Assembly: GCF_902652985.1 (NCBI RefSeq)
Contig: NC_047025.1
Span: forward strand, 11,718,001-11,782,000
Source of the DNA: Pecten maximus
Taxonomy: Eukaryota
Reading direction: 5' to 3'
Length of the DNA stretch: 64,000 nt
Shown: piece after piece, positions 26,801-36,092 of the stretch
Numbering within the stretch: the stretch's first letter is position 1
Layout of the letters: the number at the start of each line of letters is the position of its first letter
Position numbers and translations under genes: made by a program
Notes under the pieces: model-generated
What the model saw: only the letters and a program-made list of their open reading frames with translations
Told to the model about the DNA's origin: nothing
The model's database searches: none

Positions 26801-29800
26801 GTGCCCTGGAAGATGCCTCACTGAGAGGGACAGACCCATATCCTGACAAAGAAGAAGAATCCTGATAGTGAGGGCACATAGCTTGTGAGACTTTGTACCC
26901 CCCTGATTCTCCAAATAAGCTACCACTGTAGCATTGTCTGTAGCCAGACAAATGGACTGATCCTGCAGCAGAGGCTGTAGGGACTGAATGGCTAGCAGAA
27001 CTGCTCTCATCTCCAGCACATTGATGTGTTCCTGGAGTTGAGCCCCCTGCCAGACCCCTGAACGACACTGACCGTTGAGGTAGGCACCCCAACCCGTCAT
27101 AGATGCGTCCGTATACAGAGTTACTGTAGGGGAAGCTCTCTGAAGAGAGACGCCCTTCAAAACATTGGCCTCCAAAGCCCACCACATGGCCGAGGCCTTG
27201 ACGGAAGCTTCCAATGGAATCCGAGCATCCCACTCGAGGGATGCAGGTTTCCATTTGGAAAGAAGAAACATCTGAAGAGGGCGAATATGGAGCCGACCCA
27301 GGGGTACGACATCCGAAAGGGAATTGAGGAATCCGAGAAGCCTCAGAAACCACCTGACCTGAATATAGTCCAGACTGTTGAGCAGAATAACCAACTCCTT
27401 GGCTTTCTGGAACTTGGACTGAGGAGGAAGAACGAGGCCCCGATCCGTAAGGAAACGGTTTCCCAGGAAAATGAAGTCCTGGGATGGAAGAACCTCGGAT
27501 TTCTCCCGTGAAGGGATAAAACCTAGGCGTAGAAGAGTTGTCAAGACCGACCTGGTGCTGCAACGCAGAGAGATTGGGTCTATATGCAGCATCAGGGAGT
27601 CGTCGAAATAAATATGGATATCTACTCCGCGACTGTGTAAATAGCCCACAACCACCTGAAGTAGCTTGGTGAACACCAAAGGGGCGGTGGTCAGACCGAA
27701 GGGCATGGCCTTGAACTGGAACACTCTGCCCTGAGAAGTGAATCTCAGGAATTTCCTGACCGATTTCTTTATCGGTATATGGAAATAAGCGTCCTTGAGG
27801 TCGATTGAGGTCGCCCACATACCTGGAGCTACCGAAGTCAAGATACTTCGAGGTGTCTCCATTTTGAAGTGTGGCGAGACTACATGCTTGTTGAATGCAC
27901 TGAGGTCTATAATCGGACGCCAGGCCCCGGATTTCTTCTTGACAAGAAACATCCGGGAGTAAAAGCCTGGAGTCCAGAGTGACCTTGGAAGCTCCTCCAC
28001 AGCACCCTTGGCTATCAAGGAATTGACCTCGTCTAAAAGGGCTTGAGCCTTCTCTACATCGCCTGGTGGAGGAAAGAAGATAGGGTCCACAGACAGAGGA
28101 GGATCCTTCAAAAGAGGAATACCTAGACCCTCGGAAACCACCGAAATTGCCCACTTGTCCTTGGTGAGCTCCTTCCATTCTGGTAGGAAGGAGGATAGAC
28201 GACCCCCGACGTGCAGATCTGGCTTTGGAAGCTGGAGACCTGACCATGGATCGTCTAATGGGGAGGACAAGTGACAATGAGGAACCGAGGGACTGCAAGA
28301 GTCAGGAACTCTGTCCCTTCTTGCTGGGATTCTTCTATCCACCCCTTCCTCCTCTGTGACTCTGACTGCCCCGACCCCGAGAAGAGTGCCCACCTCGAAC
28401 AGCCGAAGCTACAGGAGGCTGAGTCTGGGTCTGAGACTGAGTTGTCTGAGCACCCCTCTTAGGCTTACCTGGACGCTGCACCCGGCCAGGTTTAGGCTTA
28501 GCCCTAAGCTTCTCAAGCCTAGCTGAAGCCGCCTTGTCATTGTTGACTCGGTCCATGACAGAGGTGAGAATACCTCCAAACATTTCTGAGCCAGACAAGG
28601 GAGCAGTCATGAGATCGGAAATGAATGGCTCACCTACAGCTAGTCTGGGCTTCAGAACTGCTGCACGGCGGGCCAAAACAAAATCAGCAAGAACTGCCAA
28701 AATGAGCGCGGTTCCATCCATGTGGGCCCGGTTCATGGCCTTGCTGAGTTCAGCCAGAAGCTTAGTCTTGTTAGGTAGGCTCTCCTCAGAATGAGAAGAT
28801 GCTACGAACAAAGCAGAGGAAAAAGAATCTGCATAAGCCAGCACATGAATGGCAAGACGAAGCAGTCTTTCCATGCGACTATGCTCCTTAGGAGATAAAT
28901 GAACAATATCATTTGATCTCCCAGGCCAGCGATGGTCTAAGATAAGATCCACCTTGGCTGGAGTAGGTTCAACTGAGGAATTGTGCACAGAATATCGAGA
29001 AGGACTAAACCCCTCGATATCGCTAACCCCCAGAAGCAAACCAGAAAGATCCTGCTTTCTATTAGAAGAACCTTTGGCCTGCAGAACCTTTTCAATTTGG
29101 GCCAATGCTGAAGAGACCATAGTCCCTTCAGCCAAAGACCTACCTGATGCCTTAGCTTCTGGCTCCGAGGGAAGAAAGGCACTTAAAGTTGAAGTCCTTT
29201 CTGGGAGGCTAGAAGCAGAGGGAGGGGGACAAAATTCAACTCCCAAAAGGGAAGCAACCTCCAAACGAAGGCTACGAAAGGAATCAAGATTCCTCTCTGC
29301 CTGAAATGCAGCCAGACCTAAATCTGAGTCGGGGTTATCAGCCTCAGAGTGAAAAGACTCATGATCTGACCCCTCGGTAGGTACTGATGGGAGCCATGAG
29401 CGAGTCTCGGCATCCAAATCAGACCCAGCATCCAACGACAGAGTGTCCCCATCATCAGGCAAAGTCAGCTGACCAACATCCTCAGTCTCGGACTCCTCAA
29501 AATCCATATCCTCAGTCTCCTGAAGATCAGTTTGAGGAGACTGGCCAAAACTGGAGGTTGACCGAGACACAGTCTGGTCTGGAGCCTCCATTCTCCTACA
29601 CTTAGAAGCAGAAGAAAGGCCAGCACTAAGATGAGAGAAGTTGACTTTACGCTTAACCCTGCTGGGAAGCGATGACCTGGGAGTCTCAGCCAATGTCTTC
29701 GAGGGACGGTGAACCCTTTTAGACTTAACAAGGCGTGTGCGAGAAGGGGGGGGGGGGGGGGACCCAACTCAACACCTGACTGATTATAGACAGCTGAGGA

Positions 29801-32800
29801 AACCCAAGGTTGACCAGTGTAACCTGGAAAGGTTTGACCATACCCAGGGTATGGAAATCCCATAGACTGGGAGGGGCCCCAGTGTTGGCCGAAGCCAGAA
29901 TACTGGGGAGAAGGCAACATTCCGACACCCGCAGGACCAGGAAATGAATTGCCCCCTACTGGAGACCTGCCTGGCCAATATGGCTGAAAATGGCCAAAAT
30001 TGCCAGGAGACTGCAAACTACCACCTAACCCGGGTGCAGAATGAGGGTAGGGATAAGGTGGGGGATGCCCTGGAGCACCCATAAACCCAACTGAGCCAGG
30101 AGCTCTAACTGGAGGAGGACCAGATAGAGGCAAGGCAGACCTAGGAACCGACGGGTGCATAACCCCGGAACCCAAACCAGACTCAAAATACGGTAAACCA
30201 ACGCCTGGGAGTGAAACAGAGACACTCCCAGATCCTAGTGCAGCCTCTCCAGAACCACCGTAAAAACTGGCAGTACCAGCCGGCCTACTGTCAGTGGGTA
30301 CGCCGGCACCCCTCAATGGGGCCCGGGTCGCATGACTGGCCTGTTCGGTAACCATTCCGCTAACGGAGATGGTACCTGGACACTCGCTCCCTTCGACCTC
30401 CAAGGAGATTCCCGGGTGAGTGCCCTTCTGATGACCGATAGAACCCAAAGGCCCTACCGCCTCAGAAATATGTGTGTGAATAGGCTCCTCTGTAGCCAAA
30501 GAGTGCCTACCACCGTGAGACAAAATTACTTCCCCTTCAGGGGGTAAAAATGCCTCACTGCCAGGTGGGAGGCTGACAACAGCACCACACTGGACTTTAG
30601 GTTGACGTTTACTGTCTGCCCCAGACTTAGCACCCTTATTACGGGCGACAGACTGATGGGACAACACCCTGTCCCACAAAGTGTTTGACCATGTCAAACA
30701 GACGGAACACATGTTGTCCCGGGAGCAGCCTCGGCAGGTAGAACAGGTGTCATGGTCATCCCCATCGAGGATGACATGACCGCAGTCTCCTGACCGAGTT
30801 TTTGGACCCGAAGTAAGTCTCTTACCTCGCATTCTGCTAGGCGGGCAGCTTCCAGCAAACGAGAAAATCCAGCCAAAAAACGGAAGAAAAATCCACCGAT
30901 AAAATTACGGAAAAACGTCCCGTAAACTGGAAATAAGTACAGAAAAGTACAAAATGAAAAGGAAATAAAACAACTGAGTTGACAAAAGCAAAACGGTAGC
31001 AAATAAAGCGAGAAAAATAGACACCGAAGTGGTCTACTAGACCGCGGTACCGTAGCGAGACAGTCCACGTGTGCAGTAACCACTCGACAAAAAAGACGAA
31101 ATACGACACACAAACGGACTGACAGTTCAAACGAAAATGAAAAACTTGTCAACAAAGATGAGAATAACAAATTACGAAAGCAAAGCAAAAGAAAAACTAA
31201 TTAAATGCAACAAAAACCCTGGGAAAACGAGCTGTCGTCAAAATCCTTCTGGGATGATGGCTGCCATAAGCGGAAGTGAGGTTTTGGGTCATGCGCGGTG
31301 CGTTCGTATCGGGCATTAAGGGTCCTCTCACGGGATATTTATTTTCATTTTTGTTATGCAAATTATGGGCTGCCGGAGGCGATACGCTATTATCTATATG
31401 GTGGTGAGCTATTATTGAAATAAACATGGCTACAACTGAACTCAGCCGTAACGAAAATCATATTTGTCAATTTGTTCACCAGTCAGCAACAATTTGATAA
31501 GATACTGAATTTTACAAAACCAAAGCTACATTTATGTATGAAAAATGTAAAAATATGAATTTGCCCATGTACAGACACGGATATTAAACTTATAAGAAAA
31601 TACTTGATTTTACAACATTGATATATATATGTCATTTCATCACGACAATCAAACATTTTCATCGTTAGTATTATTACAAGATTCTTCGTACAACAAAGAC
31701 TCACATTGAAAAAGATCCCTACTGCTACCAAACCGTCTCTTGCTTGAGAACCTTCTTCAATTGTTCTCGACTCCTGTGTCCTCTTCCAATGAACCATGTG
31801 GATCTAGTAATATACAATTATAACATTGCTTATTTCATTGTAGCATTATTAACAGCAGGATGTACAATTACAGAGTCTTTTAAATGTACAACAAAAATTG
31901 TAAATTTCAAAGAACAATGCAAAACATTAGCGATGACACTTAATGACAGAGCTGAATTCAAGCCAAAACAAGTTGTTCCAAAAAGTGAAATGATTCATTA
32001 AAATCCTAGCAACAAGAAAGCACGTGCTCAGAGGTTTGTTCTTTTATAGAGAACAAAGTATATATAACAATTGTGTTAAAGCGTTAAACATGAGTGCAAA
32101 AAAATAGATAAAAAAACTAAGGCTTAAAATCGACGAGAAACAAAACAAAGCATAAAACAAAACAAAAACGAAAAACAATATCAATAGATAAACAAACAAA
32201 TGAAAAGCTTTTAAAAAGATAAATACAGAAATTGCCATACAGAACTTTTTCAAGATCTCCACGTTTAAGATGTTTATAAAAAATATACATGCTAATATCA
32301 ATAGTGTTATTTAATTTTATTAAAAAAGTAAAAGTAAAAAAGTAACAAAGACAAAAATACAGAATAAAAAAAAACTTTAATAGAAATAAGATTTTTTTTT
32401 TTTAATTAAATACATTTGAATTAGATATATATAATACCGATTTTCGCAATGAAATCTTCTGGTAAATACTGTTTGCGTGAACTGCAGTTTTTTTGTGCTT
32501 GGTATTCTAGGGAAAGTCCCGTGACTACGCCACTTCACCATTTTGCTAGTCTCTTTACATTAGTTATGCGACATGATATATACGTTTACAGTAGCTAAAT
32601 AAGAAAATAGAAAAAAAATAATAATAATGAAAATTGACGCCCTGTGTCTTTTAAACGTTAGTACCTCTCCTCTGAATCCCTTCCCATTGATCCGGTGTTC
32701 AGATCCTGTACGACTCCCGTTGGTACCAATGTGGAAATGGAGTTCCGAGAATACATAGTCAGTATCCTCGTGGTCTGGAACATTTCTCAGTACTTTTCCA

Positions 32801-35013
32801 TACGTGCGAACACCGCCGCGGTTTGATGGTGTAAATGTACTAGAATGACCTGTGCAAATTAGGAAGATTTTATATTTACCACGTGACCATTTTTAAAGAG
32901 ACTAAAGAACTAAATGGTCCCGTGATAATAACTGGTCGTATCGTGTTTCTATGAATTTGTTGTTTTCATCAAGATGGTTTTGGAAGATCAGGATATGTCA
33001 GCCATACAAACATCCTTACAGCAGTTAATTTTTTTTTATTTATTTTTTTTTTTTTTTTTTTGTCTTTGCAATAAAGTTAATAGCCAGTGAACATTGCCGT
33101 TACGTAGGCTTAAAATGCCCACGGTTGTCGAGAGACAATTAAACACAATCAATCAAGTAGAAAAAATGACACAACACATATCGTTTAAATCCCAAAATTC
33201 AAACCCAATAGAAACAAAAGAAAGATAGAAACAACCATCAATATTACAAGCAAAGGCAACAAGAATGCAAACAGAAGTAGCAGAATTACTATTTCATTCA
33301 TCAAATTGAAGTTGGATCGCAGAAGGAACAACGGTCTAACACACAAAATGGAAAGAACGTAACGAAAGGAACGTAACTGCCATAGTTATAACGTAAATGA
33401 GGTCAGGAAGAAACAGTGACCCTCGCACTTAAAACGGAAATGATGTCACGGAAAGAAAAGCAAACCAATGTAAAGAGCGGAAGTGAGGCTACATTAAGAA
33501 TATACAATGATAAGAACACTATCACGAGGAGAACAAATACACAAAAGACAGAGGGGAGGTCATGTGATCCAGACAGATGTTTGCAGCACGTGTGGAATAA
33601 ATCAATGTAAAAACTGAATTATGTCATTGATTATTTGACTTTTATGCTACACCAAAATACACATACGGTGGCTAATATTTGAGTACATTATAGTTCAGTT
33701 TTCATACTTATACGTACATGTATATGCAATCTTGTCTGATTTGCTTTCACCATATTCGTGTTCATGTATACTAATAAAGCAATGTGTTTCACAATACGTT
33801 GTACACATGGCGCCCAACTGAGTATCACTTTAAAATATAGTTTTGATAATAGATACGTTCTGAAAACGTACATATTTTAGCAGTATTCTTATTTTAGCGC
33901 TTTTCGTACTAAAAGCATTCCGCTAAATTATGATTCCGCTAATTGCACTTCCTATACACTTTTTCTATATAAAATCATTTGGTGCGCCAATTCACCAATT
34001 CGTTAATCTCTTCAATTCGGAGATTTGCTAAATTTGAGGGAGCCAACAAATACGTTTACGTTTATAATAGAACTGTTTCGTCTTTCTAAGATTCTTCTGC
34101 AACGCTTCAGAAGTTAAGAAATCCGGAAGAGAAGTTGAAAATCAAAAATGGAGAAGACATTATGTTAAAATATAAGGAACTAATATTCGACACAAACTCG
34201 GAAAACTTATAGATAAGATATGATATCTAAGTTACCGTTGTTTAAAAAGCTCCCTCTGACGTATCCATTCTGACTTCTATAATGGAGATATAAAGGAGAG
34301 TCGTCTTCTTCTGCAGATTCCCATGCACTGTACCCTATTAAGTCTTATATCGATAGGGCTCTGATGGGGTCCCTTGCACTCATTATAACACATCCGCCAT
34401 CTTCTAGGGCCTGGTGATGGTACAATGTAAACATTTTAAGACTTTTATTATATTTTCTAATGTAAACTCGCACTACCAAATATGTAATGTTAAAAATTGG
34501 TGTTTATATATGAAACATAATAATCTTAACAATGCAATACCCCCACCCCTTCTAAAGGCTACGCCATAAACCTGTATAAACTACAACCACAGCATTAATT
34601 CAACTTCATCCACAGAGCCTGCCTACATACACATACATGTATATACTTAGATAATCATCTAAAGTTGATCTGAATTACATCTTACCTTTAACATAAGCAT
34701 ACACAAAGTTTCATATAAAAGTGATAATTGATCGCAAAGACAGTCTATACATTTAACATTAAAAAGTAACAATTCTGCCACCCAATAAGAAATAAAGGTG
34801 ATCAACATGAGTATATAGAAAAACTCAAATGTGTTGAATATATAGATATAGAGCATTACCTATAGGCGAACGATTATCATAACTAAAGAATTGATGTTTC
34901 CTGACTTCTGAACATGATGCAAGTCCGGAGCTTGGAGGCCTTCTCGGAGACGATGAACAATTAACGCAGGAAAACAGCACAGAAATAATAAGAACTGTGG
35001 TTAGAATACCCAT
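20818..35013 (-). CDS. Secreted alpha-carbonic anhydrase (nacrein-like), 7 exons: 35013-34860, 34410-34236, 32849-32665, 31803-31705, 22081-22000, 21459-21320, 20949-20818; about 321 aa if one extra base in exon 2 is removed
   Basis: All introns are GT-AG with matching phases. The spliced product reads signal peptide-FSYDNRSPIGPRRW..C.G.HQSPIDI..NNGHS..ELHFHIG..GSEHRING..GEIHMVHW..DGLVAVGIF..LLP..YYTYKGSKTTPPC..VIWVV..GNDRPIQ. All three Zn-binding His are present. Exon 2 is 175 bp (needs 174), i.e. one +1 indel near 34320. Confidence 0.9.
23100..24300 (-). mobile_element. Degenerate Tc1/mariner-family transposase remnant (in carbonic anhydrase intron 4)
   Basis: ORF fragments RNVAQQYRVQETTLSRLVGRLRATGRLGDLPKNGRPLITSRRQDR (HTH + GRP motif) and YRNQVLRLHVLPLI..LQQDNERPHIAR (QQDNAxPH catalytic motif). 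Broken by frameshifts and an insertion; TIRs not identified. Confidence 0.8.
23489..23647 (+). mobile_element. 159 bp solo-LTR-like element (TGTAAC...GTTACA, 4 bp TATA TSD) containing a tRNA-like (Thr-AGT-like) sequence
   Basis: Inverted 6 bp termini, with tata at 23485-23488 and 23648-23651. Internally there is an A box (tagcttgatcgg), an anticodon-like loop ctAGTaa, a B box (ggttcgatccc) and a 3' cggaggca at ~23541-23611. Confidence 0.7.
24839..24977. repeat. DIRS 3' inverted terminal repeat (with extension 24795-24838)
   Basis: Reverse complement of 31270-31408. Confidence 0.95.
25027..25121. other. DIRS internal complementary region (ICR)
   Basis: 25027-25084 is the reverse complement of 24795-24852, and 25082-25121 is the reverse complement of the right terminus ending 31424. 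The two halves overlap at TTT (25082-25084), reproducing the circle junction. Confidence 0.95.
25263..26747 (-). CDS. DIRS tyrosine recombinase (YR)
   Basis: Core-binding region (IYESRWSVFCSWC..LAPSTIRGYRSVL) and catalytic R (ASGRRRSE), LCPCRALKFYL, HxxR (RAHEVR), W and Y (FWRGRNTFADFYL). Confidence 0.93.
   Translation of the reverse strand: MDPEQVYIQGHLHGLGDSSCRSVCHSSEFPDSDVRVSSSGSFGLGSRCSIPELGGSSGICLPSIQPPGQGTSQGQESRLLGSPDSTSVAQTALVSGSSGFAGRSPLGHSGQVESPQPAQIQTVSPQSGTPAPSRVEAISVCLLQAGFSAEVTDGITRSIRSSSSAIYESRWSVFCSWCISRKIDPLGASIQLIAEFFLYLFKVRELAPSTIRGYRSVLANVFSFRGRSDVGTCSTLSNLLRSFSLEKPKVRILTPQWDLALVLDSLTRSPYESLASASVKFLSWKTVFLIALASGRRRSETHALSSSPSCLRWSRNYSLVTLLTDPSFLAKNQVPNFSPDPIKIPALKAVSGPNDQDLLLCPCRALKFYLDKTKGGRQGPRPRLFLSIKAKQSDISSQTIPRWICETIQKAYEGSTATTRDSVRVRAHEVRALSASWAFLNGTSYDEVMASAFWRGRNTFADFYLRSLSSHADGLYSLGPLVTAQSVTCPPVNP
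26171..28393 (-). CDS. DIRS pol: reverse transcriptase + RNase H + DNA adenine methyltransferase-like domain
   Basis: RT motifs WRPIIDL, IDLKDAYFHIPI, MPFGL, YFDD. RNase H motifs YTDASMTGWG, HINVLE, TDN, NVLADTLSR. MT motifs VDLFA and YAFPP. The ORF begins at a GTG, so the true start is uncertain. Confidence 0.95.
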   Translation of the reverse strand: MGTLLGVGAVRVTEEEGVDRRIPARRDRVPDSCSPSVPHCHLSSPLDDPWSGLQLPKPDLHVGGRLSSFLPEWKELTKDKWAISVVSEGLGIPLLKDPPLSVDPIFFPPPGDVEKAQALLDEVNSLIAKGAVEELPRSLWTPGFYSRMFLVKKKSGAWRPIIDLSAFNKHVVSPHFKMETPRSILTSVAPGMWATSIDLKDAYFHIPIKKSVRKFLRFTSQGRVFQFKAMPFGLTTAPLVFTKLLQVVVGYLHSRGVDIHIYFDDSLMLHIDPISLRCSTRSVLTTLLRLGFIPSREKSEVLPSQDFIFLGNRFLTDRGLVLPPQSKFQKAKELVILLNSLDYIQVRWFLRLLGFLNSLSDVVPLGRLHIRPLQMFLLSKWKPASLEWDARIPLEASVKASAMWWALEANVLKGVSLQRASPTVTLYTDASMTGWGAYLNGQCRSGVWQGAQLQEHINVLEMRAVLLAIQSLQPLLQDQSICLATDNATVVAYLENQGGTKSHKLCALTIRILLLCQDMGLSLSVRHLPGHLNVLADTLSRSRSPVITEWTLNRSIFRAICMVWETPLVDLFATALNFQIQTFVSPVPDPLAWEVDALSLSWEGLLAYAFPPFNLLGRVLHKVRNHDCSVLLIAPLWPRQPWFPALLDLLVDLPLAIPARWNLLSQPKSRQFHPNPEHLHLHAWRLSRSVSCRQAFLQKLPMASQDLFDLPHLPSMSPDGQSSAVGVSAGRLIHSVPLFS
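26772..28298 (-). CDS. 508-codon ORF overlapping pol in another frame, in frame with YR (probable N-terminal extension of the YR ORF)
   Basis: Same frame as 25263-26747, separated from it by one TAG at 26772-26774. Ser/Gly/Arg-rich, no recognisable domain. Confidence 0.5.
   Translation of the reverse strand: MQSLGSSLSLVLPIRRSMVRSPASKARSARRGSSILLPTRMEGAHQGQVGNFGGFRGSRYSSFEGSSSVCGPYLLSSTRRCREGSSPFRRGQFLDSQGCCGGASKVTLDSRLLLPDVSCQEEIRGLASDYRPQCIQQACSLATLQNGDTSKYLDFGSSRYVGDLNRPQGRLFPYTDKEIGQEIPEIHFSGQSVPVQGHALRSDHRPFGVHQATSGGCGLFTQSRSRYPYLFRRLPDAAYRPNLSALQHQVGLDNSSTPRFYPFTGEIRGSSIPGLHFPGKPFPYGSGPRSSSSVQVPESQGVGYSAQQSGLYSGQVVSEASRIPQFPFGCRTPGSAPYSPSSDVSSFQMETCIPRVGCSDSIGSFRQGLGHVVGFGGQCFEGRLSSESFPYSNSVYGRIYDGLGCLPQRSVSFRGLAGGSTPGTHQCAGDESSSASHSVPTASAAGSVHLSGYRQCYSGSLFGESGGYKVSQAMCPHYQDSSSLSGYGSVPLSEASSRAPECFSRHAI
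28335..30832 (-). CDS. DIRS gag-like ORF1, split by a frameshift at a 16-base homopolymer (29746-29761)
   Basis: ATG at 30832 with a Cys/His cluster CGH..HDTCSTCRGC..CSVC, then a Pro/Gly-rich region. The downstream frame (28335-29693; helical domain, basic RGG tail) is open back to the C run; 14 or 17 C would fuse the two. Confidence 0.8.
31270..31424. repeat. DIRS 5' inverted terminal repeat and terminus
   Basis: 31270-31408 is the reverse complement of 24839-24977; 31409-31424 is matched by the ICR. Confidence 0.95.
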
Positions 35014-35821
35014 TGTGACCACTGACCACTGACCACTGGTGATCAGAGTGTTTCAGTATAATGACTACAGAGATTAATGATAGAATAGAGTCATTCATGT
35101 TCTACTGGGCTATTGTTAACCTCAGGGCACGCGTGGTGCATTTGTATATCAATGCATTAAATGCACAATACGTGTTCTGGTAAATGAGACATCTTGTTCG
35201 ACTGTTAATGAAACGCAGAATATGGATAGATACTCAGTAGAAAACCGAGAGACGAGGAAAAGCGGACGAAACGGTAAAATTATGGGAAAATACGAAAATA
35301 TGAAAAGTGAACAAAACGCGAATAAATGCCGAAAAACATAAACCGAAGCAGACACTACGCTAAAATATGGGGAAATGTGAAAATATAAAAAGTGGATTAC
35401 ATACGACAATGCGGACTCAAATATATAACGATGGGGATCAAAAATGGAATAAAGTTAAGTTTATGTGTATTGCCCGAGACGAAGAAACATATTTTCAATA
35501 TAAATATAATAGAAAATTAAATCAATCAAAACATAACGTTACACCAGTAACATGTTATTATATAAACGAGAATATTAAAATCTCACACGTACAAACGTAA
35601 ATGCAATGTGAACAAGGTAACAATTACACATTATTCGGTATTAGTCATAAAACTGATGTAAAAAATGTTAACTATGTCATTAAAAGACCATACAGCTATA
35701 TCGTCTTCCAAAGAATCACAAAGGTAACTGACAGCAATATATATCTTTGTTATCAAGTAATTATCCACTGGTGTCAATTGGCCTTAGGATACATGTATAC
35801 AGAAGAAATTATCATTTGTTG

Positions 35822-35977
35822 GACGGTCGTAAAGCCTACGTGGGGCAGTCGCCTGGTACTGACCGTAGGCCGGTGATTTTTCCTCCGGGTACTCCGGCTT
35901 TCCTCCACCTCCAAACCTGGCACGTCCTTAAATGAACCTGGCTGTTAATAGGACGTTTAACAAAACAAAACCTAACC
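35822..35977 (+). mobile_element. 5'-truncated tRNA-derived SINE
   Basis: Central ctccgggtactccggctttcctccac motif and an aaac-type tail; homologous to the inverted copy at 42450-42664. Confidence 0.75.
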
Positions 35978-36092
35978 ATGCGTTGGAACACAGAACCAGT
36001 ATATAAAATTCCACTCAGCGACAGTGGGCCCGAATTACGAAAAAAGAAATCAAAGATTAATGAAAACATAACAACATATATAAATATAATGT

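Larger units (their letters stand above)
24795..31424 (-). mobile_element. DIRS1-like tyrosine recombinase retrotransposon, structurally complete (6630 bp)
   Basis: Identical-looking 139 bp inverted terminal repeats, a 3' terminal extension, an internal complementary region matching both ends, and TTT at both termini on the element strand. Contains gag, RT/RNase H/MT and YR ORFs, and is much more GC-rich than its flanks. Confidence 0.96.

Noticed and set aside
25202-31319. Numerous small alternate-frame and antisense ORFs inside the DIRS element
   Set aside because: Expected by chance in GC-rich coding DNA; no motifs. Only the 508-codon ORF in frame with YR was retained.
31425-31520. Extra carbonic anhydrase exon interrupted by DIRS
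   Set aside because: Rejoining the flanks gives stops in all three frames, and exon 4 splices in phase directly to 22081, so the insertion is intronic
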